A stretch of DNA of 64,000 nucleotides from Planctomycetota bacterium (GTDB lineage Bacteria; Planctomycetota; UBA8108; UBA1146; JAJFFE01), in the NCBI GenBank assembly GCA_050246115.1, contig JBFWWP010000004.1, positions 98,521-162,520 on the forward strand, given 5' to 3'. The position numbers and the translations under genes are program-made. The notes beneath the pieces are model-generated. The model ran no database searches, was not told the origin of the DNA, and was given only the letters and a program-made list of their open reading frames with translations. Shown here one piece after another: positions 1 through 9,412 of this stretch (its first letter is position 1; the number at the start of each line of letters is the position of its first letter).

Positions 1-2582
1 TCCTGGCGCCGTTCGAAGGAGTAGTCCAACGGCCCGCCGACCTCTGGTGTCAGATCTCCATCGCCCATGGCGATTGTCGCGCGTTCGCTCCCGCGGTGCG
101 GGCGGCGGAGCGCGCCCTCGAGCTGGACCCGCGAAGTTCGTGGGCGTGGCGACTCCTGGGACTCCGGCGTCTCGATCTCGCGGAGATCGAGCCGGCGATC
201 GCGGCCTTGACTCAGAGCAGCGACGTGAATCCCAGCGACTTCTGGTCATGGCGTGCGCTCGCCGAGCTCCACCGCGACCGCGGCGAGTACGAGAAGTCGT
301 TGGCCTGGATTCGGCACCGACATGCGTGGCGGCCCACGGACGACCGCATCTACGTCGAGCTGTTCGAGACGTGTCGCGCAGGTGGGCTTTGGGCGGAAGG
401 GGAACGTTGGTTCACCGAACTCGGGGCGGGGCGCTTCGACGAACCCGAGCGCCAGCTGTACCTGGGCCGTCTGCGCGAGGCGGCAGGCGACGCGACGGGT
501 GCGCTGGCCGCCTACGACACGGCGCTCGAGCTGGCACCGACGATGCGGGAGGCGCTCCTCCAGCGCTCCAAGTTCATGCGCAGGCTCGGTCGCAGGCAGG
601 AGTGCCGGCGAGACTTGGAGACGCTGCTCGCACTCGAGCCCGCACACACCGACGCGCTCGAGGTGTACATCTCAGATCTCGATAGCGGCGACGCGGAGCA
701 AGTCGCAGGTGCGACCGCTTTGCTCGAGCGAGCGCTGTCCAGCTCCCCGGACACACACGAGATCTACGGTCAGATCAACCGCCTCTCGCAACGAACGGGG
801 GATCCGGCACGGCTCGTCTACCTGTTCGAAGCCATGCGAGGTCGAACGGCGAGCCCCGCTACGCTCGAGGGGTACATCGGTACGGCGTTCCTCGATGCGG
901 GCCGGCTCGACGAAGCGGAGGTCGCCTTCCGCCAAGCGACCGCGATCAATCCCCACATGGCGTGGGGCTGGTCGCGGCTCGGCGATCTCGAGCGCGCACG
1001 CGGGAGGATCGACGAAGCGATCCGCCTTTGGGAACAGGCGATCGCGCGCAATCCGAGAGGCAGCTATCCCTACACGGCGCTCGCCGAAGTGGCATGCGAG
1101 CGCGGAGATCCGGAGGCGCGTTGGTCTGCCCTGTCGCGCCGGCTCGCAACAGACCCCGACAACCCAGACTTCCAAAGCGACCTCGAGGACCTGGCGGCGG
1201 AGCTCAGCTGCGTCGACCGTTTCGAGGAGTTCGTACGTTCCTTGCTCCCCGCCTCGCGAGCCCCCAACGAACTCATGACCCGCCTGGCGTACGTCCTCCA
1301 GGAGACCGGCCAGACGGCGCGCGCGATCGAAGCCTGCGATGAGGCGATCCGCTGGAATCCGCGCGACAGCTGGGCCCACGCCAAGCGCGCGACCTTTCTC
1401 CGGTTGCTCGACCGACACGACGAGGCGCTGACCGCCGCGGAGGCTTCGCTCGCCATCCTCCCGAGCAGCGCCGAAGCAGCGATCCAGCGGTACCTCTCGC
1501 TCTGCGCTACCGGGCGATCCGCCGCTGCCGATGCCGGCTTCTTCGATGCGATCCCGCGGGCTCCCCGGGCACGGCGGTTGTTCGACGTCTACGTGAATGA
1601 GCACGAGAAGCGGCGCCCGGCGGAGGCCGCGGCCCGCCTCTTGGAACACGCGAACGCGGTCATGCCAACGCTCGATCTGCTTCTCGCGGCGTCGCGGCTG
1701 TTGATTGCCGGCCGCAAGATCGAGCGCGCCTTCGCCATCATCGACCGCGTGTGCCACGAGTACCCCCAGGAAGCCGCCGGGTACTTTCGCGGGGTGACAC
1801 TCGCGAACGAGAAGAATCGCCGCGGTCGGCTCGAGACGTTCGCCATGCTCGGACTCACCACGCTGTCGGTACCTCGGCTCGAACTCGTCGAGTGGTTGGT
1901 CCACGACACCAACCGAGAGTGGTTTGCCCGTGCCGTGAGAGCGCGGCGGTTTCGGCGCGGCCTCGCCTCCTGTCGCTCCGAGGAAGAACTGCATCCGCTC
2001 GTCGAGCGCTGCCGTTCCCAGAGGTCAGCGTACGCCCGGTTGGCGCAGGTCAGACCCAGCGTCCTTGCGGTTCGGGTCGCGATCAGCGACCTGCACCAGG
2101 GCAAGTTCCGACGAGCCCGGCAGACTCTCGAGGCGGTCCTTCGCCTGCGTGCCGGCGACGTGCCGGCGCTCACGGTCCTGGCGAACGTCGCGATCCAATT
2201 GGGCGACGGCAAGGCGGCGCTCGAGTGCCTCCAGCGGACGCGCCGCGCCATGGTCGACGGCGAAGCCAACCGCTGGCACGACCTCGCCGTCGCAGCGCAT
2301 CTCCTCGTGGGCAACTTCGAGCGCGCGCAAGAAGCCGCTCGCGCCTCGTGGAGGCGGTATGAAGTCGAAGGGTCGTACTGGCCGCGATCCCTCGAGGGAA
2401 CCTGCCGCTCAATGGCCCTCGCGCACGCGCGCCGGGGACAACTCGCGGAGAGTCGCGAATGGGCCAAGCGGCATCAACTCGTTGCGTCTGACCGGAACCG
2501 GCGACGCTTGCGCTGGCGACTGCTCCTGGCACGCTGCCAACGGTGGCTGCGCTGGCGGCGGACGCCGCCCCGGCACGCGTAA
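1..2582 (+). CDS. Tetratricopeptide-repeat (TPR) protein, 5'-truncated by the window edge
   Basis: The frame is open from position 3 to TAA at 2580-2582. Many TPR-like helical pairs (e.g. AEVAFRQATAINPHMAWGWSRLGDL, AIRLWEQAIARNP). Confidence 0.85.
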   Translation, partial: LAPFEGVVQRPADLWCQISIAHGDCRAFAPAVRAAERALELDPRSSWAWRLLGLRRLDLAEIEPAIAALTQSSDVNPSDFWSWRALAELHRDRGEYEKSLAWIRHRHAWRPTDDRIYVELFETCRAGGLWAEGERWFTELGAGRFDEPERQLYLGRLREAAGDATGALAAYDTALELAPTMREALLQRSKFMRRLGRRQECRRDLETLLALEPAHTDALEVYISDLDSGDAEQVAGATALLERALSSSPDTHEIYGQINRLSQRTGDPARLVYLFEAMRGRTASPATLEGYIGTAFLDAGRLDEAEVAFRQATAINPHMAWGWSRLGDLERARGRIDEAIRLWEQAIARNPRGSYPYTALAEVACERGDPEARWSALSRRLATDPDNPDFQSDLEDLAAELSCVDRFEEFVRSLLPASRAPNELMTRLAYVLQETGQTARAIEACDEAIRWNPRDSWAHAKRATFLRLLDRHDEALTAAEASLAILPSSAEAAIQRYLSLCATGRSAAADAGFFDAIPRAPRARRLFDVYVNEHEKRRPAEAAARLLEHANAVMPTLDLLLAASRLLIAGRKIERAFAIIDRVCHEYPQEAAGYFRGVTLANEKNRRGRLETFAMLGLTTLSVPRLELVEWLVHDTNREWFARAVRARRFRRGLASCRSEEELHPLVERCRSQRSAYARLAQVRPSVLAVRVAISDLHQGKFRRARQTLEAVLRLRAGDVPALTVLANVAIQLGDGKAALECLQRTRRAMVDGEANRWHDLAVAAHLLVGNFERAQEAARASWRRYEVEGSYWPRSLEGTCRSMALAHARRGQLAESREWAKRHQLVASDRNRRRLRWRLLLARCQRWLRWRRTPPRHA

Positions 2583-2656
2583 GGGGTCGCCCAAGGACCG
2601 GTCGAAGATGGCCCGAAGCAACGAGCAAGAGGGTGAAGTCATTCTTGGGCGACTCC
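2583..2656. mobile_element. Internally deleted copy (74 bp) of the MITE-like element
   Basis: GGGGTCGCCCAAG...GAAGTCATTCTTGGGCGACTCC, flanked by TAA on both sides. The right part is near-identical to the copies at 9188 and 57415. Confidence 0.8.
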
Positions 2657-2799
2657 TAAGGGGCCGATCGGCGAGTGCGACGCAGCACGCGACCGCCCCC
2701 GTGGCCGACGACGAACCTCCTCGTGACCGCACTTCGTTGGCAGCGGATGCACTTGGCCCCGAGCCAAGAGAGGTGGCGCGAGGATCGCGGGTGACTGAA

Positions 2800-5700
2800 T
2801 CAGGGGCATGCAGACTGCGCACACCCCAGAGCATCGGCTGTCGGGTCCGACCCGCAGGACGATGGTGGTGGTAGCGGGCCCGAGCTGAACAGGAAGCCGA
2901 GGATCGTGATCACGTCGGCGATGTTGCTCGCACCGTCGTCGTTGCCATCGCACGCATCCATGCACGGTGGCGTGGAGCCCGCCGCGAAAGTCGCGTTGAG
3001 CAGGAAGATCGCGTCGGAGATGTCGCGCCCGCCATCCGCGTTGCAGTCGCCCCGTAAGAAGTCGGCGTTGCCCACGATCGTGCCGAGGGCCCAATCGACG
3101 GCGCGATCGATCAGATCCCGAGCGACGGGCGTCACCTGCAGCCAGGTCGAGTCCTCGAGGAACAAGAAAACACGCCGCGCGGGAGCCGCATGCCCCCCGA
3201 ACAACGGAGCGCCGGAGTCGGCGACGAGCACCGCGGCTTCGGCGGGCACGCCAGCGCGCGACGCGAGGACCGTCGCGCCGATGGGAAACGGCGAGACACC
3301 GACACTCATGTTGGCGGCGGTCGTGAAGACGGCTTGTGGAATCCCGGTCACCAGCCCCTGCGTGATGGGATGCGGCGCCACGGTCACTTCGATCGCGTTG
3401 GCTCCGAACGCCACGGCCCCGGCGTTCGCGAGCGGCTCACGATCGGGACGTAGCAGCGCGCTCTCCCAGAACAGCAGCGGCACGGCCTCGTCGCGAAACT
3501 CCGCACCGACGTTGGCCGAGGTCACGGTCGAGGACACGATGACCAAGTCATGCGTGGCGGCCAGTGCAGCTGCAGATGGGCGGTTGGCGGGCTCGTCGTC
3601 GTACGCGAGCACTTCGAGGCCACGGGCCCGCAAGTGATCGGCGAACGCTTCGTCCGCTGGGGTCGGTGGGAGCGAGCCACCGATCATGCCGACCAGCGGA
3701 AAGTCGCCGACACGCACGAACGCGACCTTCTGGGTGGCGACGAGTCCGTTCGCGCCGCTCACCCGCAAGGTGACATCGTAGATGCCGTCCTGGGCATACA
3801 CATGGCTGGGATTCTGGAGCGCACTCATCGATCCGTCACCAAAGCTCCACTCCCAAGCGGTCGCAACCGGAACGGTCGACAGATCGGTGAACTGCACGTT
3901 CAAGGGCGCGAGGCCACTCGTGACGCTGGCCGCGAAGTCGACTGCGCCGACGTATTTGATGCGCAGGATGTGGGAGCCGACGGCGGTGGGTGAAGCAAAG
4001 TCCTGGTCTGCGTAGAAGTCACTGAAATACAGCCCGTCCGGGCCGGCGGCCAGCGCGACCGCCGTGGCCTTGCCGTTGCCGACATAGCTCACGAACGGTG
4101 TGGGACCACTGATCAACGTGCCAGTCGGACTCAGAACGTACTCGCGGATCTGCTTGCCGTTCGACTGAGCACCCGTGGCCCAAGTCGGCCCCGAGTCAGC
4201 GATGAAGGCGTGACCCTGCTTGTCCGCGGGGAACAGGCTGCCGCCGAAAGTTGCGCCTTGGATGAACGCGATGTTCGTGGGCCCCACCGCGGGCGCCCAG
4301 TTGAGGATCGCGAAGTTGGTCATGCTGTTGTCGGAGCCGTTCCAGAGGTAGTTCTGGCCGGGGCTGATCTTCGCGAAGCGATCGATGCTGGGCCCGTTTT
4401 CGACCTCGTAGAGCGCTCCATCGGCTGCGCGCCAAGCACCGCCGAACGGATTGCGCAACCCATAGGCATACACGTAGTCGGCGGCGTTGATGCCGTTGCC
4501 CGCGTCGTAGAACGGATTGTCCACCGGCGCGGTGCCGTCGAGTTCGAGTCGCAGGATCTTGCCGCGGAACGAGTTCAGGTTCTGGGCCGTGCCCGCGTCG
4601 AAGCCGTCGCCCATGTGAACGTACAGTTTGCCATCCGGTCCGAGGCTCAAATTCGAGATCTGGTGGGACTGCCCCTGCGACTCACCCACCATGTTCAGGA
4701 TCACGTTCTGTTGACTCGCGGTCAGGCCTCCGTCGGTGCTCGAGAAGCGCACGACCCGCGGGTAGTGCGGCCCGCCGGCGTCGGCGAGGAAGGCTGCGAA
4801 CACATCCCCCGAACTCGGTTCGACGACGATGCCGGTGAGTCCCTGCTCTCCGGATCCGGGGAAGAGACCGGTGGGCGAGAAGTTGAGGAGGTTCGTGGCA
4901 TAGTCGGTGACGGTCCCCGACTGGGTCACCACCTTGATCGTGCCATAGAGTTCGGTCACGTAGTAGAGCGGAGCATCGGGACCGATGCCCGGGTTGGGCA
5001 CGAACGCGATGTTGACCGGCAGTCGGAATCCGCTCGCCACGATCTCCACTCGGTACCCCGGCTGGTGCATCTGCCAAGGCACCGGAATCCCGCGCGCGAG
5101 AGTGGAGAAGTCCGGTTGCGTCTGAGTACTGGACCCAACGTACGTGGCACCGACGGCGGACACCCAAAAGTAGGCATCGCTACCGAGACCGACACTCACC
5201 GACGGCAGATAGACGGTGTGCATGGCACCATCGTGGTCGGTGAAGGAGAGATCGCTCTCGGGCAGCACCAGGCCAGGGCTCAATCCCCCCGCCGAGATCC
5301 GGATCCGTGTCGGCGTGTGGAACGGGAGTGCCGGCGGATTGGTCACGGCGTTCGTCGTCCCGTCGAACCCCTGGAGCGCGAGCAGCAAGCCGCCCGTCGC
5401 GGACTCGACGAAGACTCCAGGAGCCACGGTCGCACCGGCAAGCACGACAGGTTGCCCCGAAATGTCGATCCAGGTGGGTGCGGGGGCAACCGCGAGGTCG
5501 TCGAGCTCGAGCGGGAAGATCTCGGTGGGAGGGCCGGTCACGAAAGTACGCTCCGACCACGCACTCCACTCCCCGCCGCCCGGCGCGCTGTCGTCTCGGT
5601 GACGCACCTGGAGTCGATAATCGTTGTCGTAGAAGAGCTCGGTGCGACCGGCGTGAGAACCGCTGAAGACGCCGTCGCCGAGGTGAGTGTGCACCGCTTC

Positions 5701-5961
5701 GAGCCCGGTGATGCACAGCGTGCTCCACACCCGCTCGACTGGCGTCACGGACCAAATCTCCCAGTCGGTGCAGAAGTGCGCGTCCCCCGGGTCCGGATCT
5801 GCAAACGGAGCGGTCTCCATGTGAACGTCGGCGGGATTCACGACCTGGCCATTGGCGACGGGCTCATTGATCGTGGGGGCGTTGGGCGGAAGTGCCGAGA
5901 CGAGAGTCGTGGCGAACCAACCGATTGCCAAGACCGCTCGGCCGCAGAGCATCTTCGACAT
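2800..5961 (-). CDS. Secreted PQQ-dependent glucose/sorbosone dehydrogenase-type beta-propeller protein with PKD domain and C-terminal dockerin-like domain
   Basis: Signal peptide after ATG 5961 (GAGAGG RBS). GSDH motifs GPDGKLYVHMGD, GKILRLELDG and YAYGLRNPF. PKD motif WEWSFGDG...NPSHVY. C-terminal FLRGDCNADG...CDGNDDG...CGSDPT. Confidence 0.8.
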   Translation of the reverse strand: MSKMLCGRAVLAIGWFATTLVSALPPNAPTINEPVANGQVVNPADVHMETAPFADPDPGDAHFCTDWEIWSVTPVERVWSTLCITGLEAVHTHLGDGVFSGSHAGRTELFYDNDYRLQVRHRDDSAPGGGEWSAWSERTFVTGPPTEIFPLELDDLAVAPAPTWIDISGQPVVLAGATVAPGVFVESATGGLLLALQGFDGTTNAVTNPPALPFHTPTRIRISAGGLSPGLVLPESDLSFTDHDGAMHTVYLPSVSVGLGSDAYFWVSAVGATYVGSSTQTQPDFSTLARGIPVPWQMHQPGYRVEIVASGFRLPVNIAFVPNPGIGPDAPLYYVTELYGTIKVVTQSGTVTDYATNLLNFSPTGLFPGSGEQGLTGIVVEPSSGDVFAAFLADAGGPHYPRVVRFSSTDGGLTASQQNVILNMVGESQGQSHQISNLSLGPDGKLYVHMGDGFDAGTAQNLNSFRGKILRLELDGTAPVDNPFYDAGNGINAADYVYAYGLRNPFGGAWRAADGALYEVENGPSIDRFAKISPGQNYLWNGSDNSMTNFAILNWAPAVGPTNIAFIQGATFGGSLFPADKQGHAFIADSGPTWATGAQSNGKQIREYVLSPTGTLISGPTPFVSYVGNGKATAVALAAGPDGLYFSDFYADQDFASPTAVGSHILRIKYVGAVDFAASVTSGLAPLNVQFTDLSTVPVATAWEWSFGDGSMSALQNPSHVYAQDGIYDVTLRVSGANGLVATQKVAFVRVGDFPLVGMIGGSLPPTPADEAFADHLRARGLEVLAYDDEPANRPSAAALAATHDLVIVSSTVTSANVGAEFRDEAVPLLFWESALLRPDREPLANAGAVAFGANAIEVTVAPHPITQGLVTGIPQAVFTTAANMSVGVSPFPIGATVLASRAGVPAEAAVLVADSGAPLFGGHAAPARRVFLFLEDSTWLQVTPVARDLIDRAVDWALGTIVGNADFLRGDCNADGGRDISDAIFLLNATFAAGSTPPCMDACDGNDDGASNIADVITILGFLFSSGPLPPPSSCGSDPTADALGCAQSACP

Positions 5962-5998
5962 GGGAACCTCTCGTGTTGCGTGACCCGTCGCTCCAACC

Positions 5999-6014
5999 CG
6001 CAAGTACGAAGCCG
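5999..6014 (-). promoter_or_regulatory. Candidate sigma-54 (-24/-12) promoter
   Basis: The minus strand reads CGGCTTCGTACTTGCG (GG-N10-GC with TTGC), ending about 38 nt upstream of ATG 5961. Confidence 0.35.
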
Positions 6015-6210
6015 CTGCTCTCGCGGTAGGCGGCTATCATGAGCACTGCCGCCCACGGCAACCACAGGCTCGTCGGCGGAGCGGCTCGATCCCGGCGGGC
6101 GTGGATCGAAATGGCCGCCCGCGTACCCCGAAATCCGCGATCCTTCGTGGCCGCGCGGTGCTACAACAGTACTCCCGGAGACGACCCTGACTCAACTACG
6201 GAGTTTACCC

Positions 6211-7416
6211 ATGCACCGAGATGTCCGCCTGGTCCTGATGAATGTCGTCGTGACTTGCATCCTTCTCTGGCTCGGCTCGACCTTCTTCGGCGGGACCGGG
6301 GTGGCTCTGCCGACCGCCCCCGCCCCCGGAATCTTCGTGTGGGGGGATGCCAACTGTGACGGTTCGCTCAACATCTCCGATCCAGTGACGATTCTGGGCT
6401 ATCTGTTCAGCTCGGCGCCGCTGCCTCCGGCATGCGCGCAATCCTTCTTCGCGCCGGACCAACTCGCTACCTTGCAGGAGATCCTCCCACACCTGAGCCG
6501 CGTGGAACTCGACGACGGCCTTGGCGGGACGGTCCCGACGATCCGCCTGACCGGAGTCAACCTGCAGATCGTGAACGGCTCGGGCGCGACCAACGGCAAT
6601 CCGGCAAGTCCAAACAGCGTAAACGGCATGACGAACGGGACCGGCAACTTGATCGTTGGCTACAACGAGTTCGGCACCGGCGGCAACAACCGCACGGGAT
6701 CTCACAACCTGGTCGTGGGCTCGGCGCTGCAGTACGAGCGTTGGGGCGGAGCGGTCTTGGGGCAGGGGAACGTCATCCGCGGCGCGTGGTCGAGCGTGAC
6801 CGGCGGGAACGCCAACACCGCCATCGGGGACTACGCCGCGATCACCGGCGGTCTCAACAACGAAGCTGCCGGCGACTACTCGTCGATTTCGGGTGGGCAG
6901 TTCAATGCCTCGAGCGGAGACATCGGTTGGGTCGGCGGCGGCAATGCCAACGAGGCCGCAGGAGTCGAGTCGTGCGTGTCGGGGGGAGCCAGCAACACGG
7001 CCCTCGGCGCCGCCTCCGCGGTGAGCGGCGGCGAGTTCAACAGTGCGGACGGTGACCGAGCCAGCGTGGCGGGTGGCAGAGCGAACAGCGCGGTTGGGCT
7101 CGGTGCCGTGGTCGTCGGCGGCCAAGACAACTTCGCGGGTGGCGTGCGAGCGGCGGTGTTCGGCGGGCAACGCAACGAGGCCGACGGAACCGCCGCGGTC
7201 GTGGTGGGTGGCGGCGGACCGGATCCGTTCCTGGACGGCAACCGCGCGCTCGGCGACTGGTCGGTGATCACGGGCGGACGCCAAAATGACGCGACTGGCA
7301 ACGGCTCGACCGTCGGCGGTGGACGTCAGAACGTCACCGCTCCCACCGCCGAGTACTCGGTGGTGGCAGGCGGCTGTTTGGAAACGACGTTCAGCCCGTG
7401 CGAGCTTGCCCCGTAG
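6211..7416 (+). CDS. Exported protein with an N-terminal half-dockerin motif and Gly-rich 15-residue beta-roll/adhesin-like repeats
   Basis: N-terminal hydrophobic segment, then WGDANCDGSLNISDPVTILGYLF. Repeats such as YAAITGGLNNEAAGD, YSSISGGQFNASSGD and ASAVSGGEFNSADGD. Confidence 0.75.
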   Translation: MHRDVRLVLMNVVVTCILLWLGSTFFGGTGVALPTAPAPGIFVWGDANCDGSLNISDPVTILGYLFSSAPLPPACAQSFFAPDQLATLQEILPHLSRVELDDGLGGTVPTIRLTGVNLQIVNGSGATNGNPASPNSVNGMTNGTGNLIVGYNEFGTGGNNRTGSHNLVVGSALQYERWGGAVLGQGNVIRGAWSSVTGGNANTAIGDYAAITGGLNNEAAGDYSSISGGQFNASSGDIGWVGGGNANEAAGVESCVSGGASNTALGAASAVSGGEFNSADGDRASVAGGRANSAVGLGAVVVGGQDNFAGGVRAAVFGGQRNEADGTAAVVVGGGGPDPFLDGNRALGDWSVITGGRQNDATGNGSTVGGGRQNVTAPTAEYSVVAGGCLETTFSPCELAP

Positions 7417-7508
7417 CCGAGAAGGCGCAGCCACCCGTTCCATGCGAAGGCGCGTGCGCCACTGGGCGGCGGGCATCGGGTCTTGGGGGCTGCAGAGCGG
7501 CGAAGCCG

Positions 7509-7865
7509 GATGCGGACAGGCTGTCCGCGCTCCCAGGGCGCGCCGGGGCGTGTGGAGAGCGTGGGACTTGCGTATGCGTCGCGCTGGTACGATGGGCGGG
7601 GAGAAGACGGGAACGGGATCGTCGGGCGTGGGACTTGCGTATGCGTCGCGTTGGTGCGTTGGGCGGGGAGAAGACGGGAACGGGATCGTCGGGCGTGGGC
7701 TCGTGCGTATGCGTCGCGTTGGTGCGTTGGGCGGGGGGAGAGGAGCAAGACCCTCGGGAATGCCGCCGGAACTCGAAAGGGGAGCAGGTTCGTCGATGAC
7801 GTGCAGGGCACGCTATGCAGGGCGCTGGAGTCACCATCGCTGTGCTGATCAGGAGCCCATGCGGC
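7509..7865. repeat. REP-like composite repeat: palindrome GCGGACAGGCTGTCCGC plus three tandem 67-bp units
   Basis: Units start at 7559, 7626 and 7693 (GCGTGGGACTTGCGTATGCGTCGCG...). Segments are shared with 25385-25895. Confidence 0.8.
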
Positions 7866-7992
7866 TTGCTTCGGGTCTAGAGGACAGCGGTCGAATCGAG
7901 TACTCTTCTGCCTTCCAAACCGCACGCGCGGTAACGACATGCAGACTGGGGACGCGTTCCCCTGAAGTTCTTGCCCGCTGGGAGAGGCAAAC

Positions 7993-9120
7993 ATGAAGCA
8001 CAAGACGGGCCGGGTCGCCATCGTCGCGGGTTGTCGAACCCCATTCGTCAAGGCGCGAACGGCGTTCGAACCGCTCGGGCCGCTTGCGCTCGGAGCCCGC
8101 GCTGTGTCCGGGCTGTTGCAGCAGTCGGAGATCCCGTCCGCCGAGATCGAAGCGGTGGCTTTCGGGGTGGTGGTACCTGAGCCGGGTCGACCCAATCTCG
8201 CGCGCGAAATCGTCTTCGAGACCGGACTCCCGATGTCCGTCGAGGCGCAGACCGTGTCTTCGTACTGCATCACCGGACTACGTTCGCTGACGATCATCGC
8301 GGACGCGATTGCCCGCGGACGCATCGACGTCGGGATCGCGGGCGGCGCTGAGTCGCTCTCCCGGGCAGACCCCAACACCTTCCGCGAACCGACCACTGGC
8401 CTCTCCATGGGGGAGCACATGGAGCTCACCGCCAAGGAGTGGAAGCTGCCCCGAGCGCGGATCGATGAGATCGCGCTCGCTAGTCACCAGCGGGCCGTGG
8501 CCGCGCAAACGCACCTCGATGCAGAGATCGTGGAGGTCGAAGGCGTGCGGCGCGACTCGGGACCGCGGGCGACGTCGTCGCTCGAGGCACTCGCGGGTCT
8601 CAAGCCCGTCTTCGGCGAGACTGGAGTCATCACGGCCGGCAACGCCTCGCCAGTGACGGACGGAGCGGCGGCGGTGCTGTTGATGAGCGAGGAGCGCGCG
8701 CGCGCCGACGGCCGCGAACCGCTCGCGTTCATCCATGCCATGGAGTACGGTGCCATCGACCCCAAACAAGGGCTCTTGATGGCGCCCGCCTCGGTCGTCC
8801 CGCGCCTCCTCGAACGGTCGGGCATCGCGCTGGGCGACATCGATCTGATCGAGATCCACGAGGCGTTCGCCGCGCAAGTGCTCGCCAACGTCATGGCCTG
8901 GGAGCAGGGTTGGGGCGGCAAGCCGACCGGCACCGTGGATTGGGATCGTGTGAACGTGAACGGCAGCTCGCTGGCCATCGGGCATCCATGGTCGGCAACC
9001 GGCGGCCGCATCGTCACCACACTCGCCCACGAGATGGCCCGCCGCGACAGTAGTTGGGGACTGGTCAGCATCTGTGCCGCCGGCGCAATGGCCGGCGCCT
9101 TCTTGCTCGAACGGAGCTGA
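7993..9120 (+). CDS. Acetyl-CoA C-acyltransferase (thiolase, FadI-like)
   Basis: GCRTPF; catalytic Cys in SSYCITG; TAGNASPVTDGAAA; IEIHEAFAAQ; GHPWSATG; SICAAG. RBS GGAGAGG. Confidence 0.92.
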   Translation: MKHKTGRVAIVAGCRTPFVKARTAFEPLGPLALGARAVSGLLQQSEIPSAEIEAVAFGVVVPEPGRPNLAREIVFETGLPMSVEAQTVSSYCITGLRSLTIIADAIARGRIDVGIAGGAESLSRADPNTFREPTTGLSMGEHMELTAKEWKLPRARIDEIALASHQRAVAAQTHLDAEIVEVEGVRRDSGPRATSSLEALAGLKPVFGETGVITAGNASPVTDGAAAVLLMSEERARADGREPLAFIHAMEYGAIDPKQGLLMAPASVVPRLLERSGIALGDIDLIEIHEAFAAQVLANVMAWEQGWGGKPTGTVDWDRVNVNGSSLAIGHPWSATGGRIVTTLAHEMARRDSSWGLVSICAAGAMAGAFLLERS

Positions 9121-9187
9121 ACGCGCCCCCGCGACCGGGACGACGCGGCCAGCTAGAGGCCAAAACCACCGAAGGACCGGCTGCTGA

Positions 9188-9366
9188 GGAGTCGCCCAAG
9201 AATGACTTCGACATCTTGCCGTCGATCGGGGTCAGATTCGGCCGATCCGGAAAGCTCGGAACCGGAGGCGTAGCCTTGGTTCCGGTGAGGATTTCGAGGT
9301 TCTCGGATCGGTCGAAGATGGCCCGAAGCGACGAGCAAGAGGGTGAAGTTATTCTTAGGCAACTCC
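9188..9366. mobile_element. 179-bp MITE-like element with ~22-bp terminal inverted repeats
   Basis: GGAGTCGCCCAAGAATGACTTC...GAAGTTATTCTTAGGCAACTCC with TGA/TTA flanks. Near-identical to 57415-57593. Confidence 0.85.
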
Positions 9367-9412
9367 TTAGGGCCGGGTCCTCTCACCGCAGTTCGAAAGG
9401 CAACGACGGTCC

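Noticed and set aside
7559-7745. 67-bp period repeats as a mini-CRISPR
   Set aside because: The whole unit is repeated with no unique spacers, so it is a tandem REP-like duplication.
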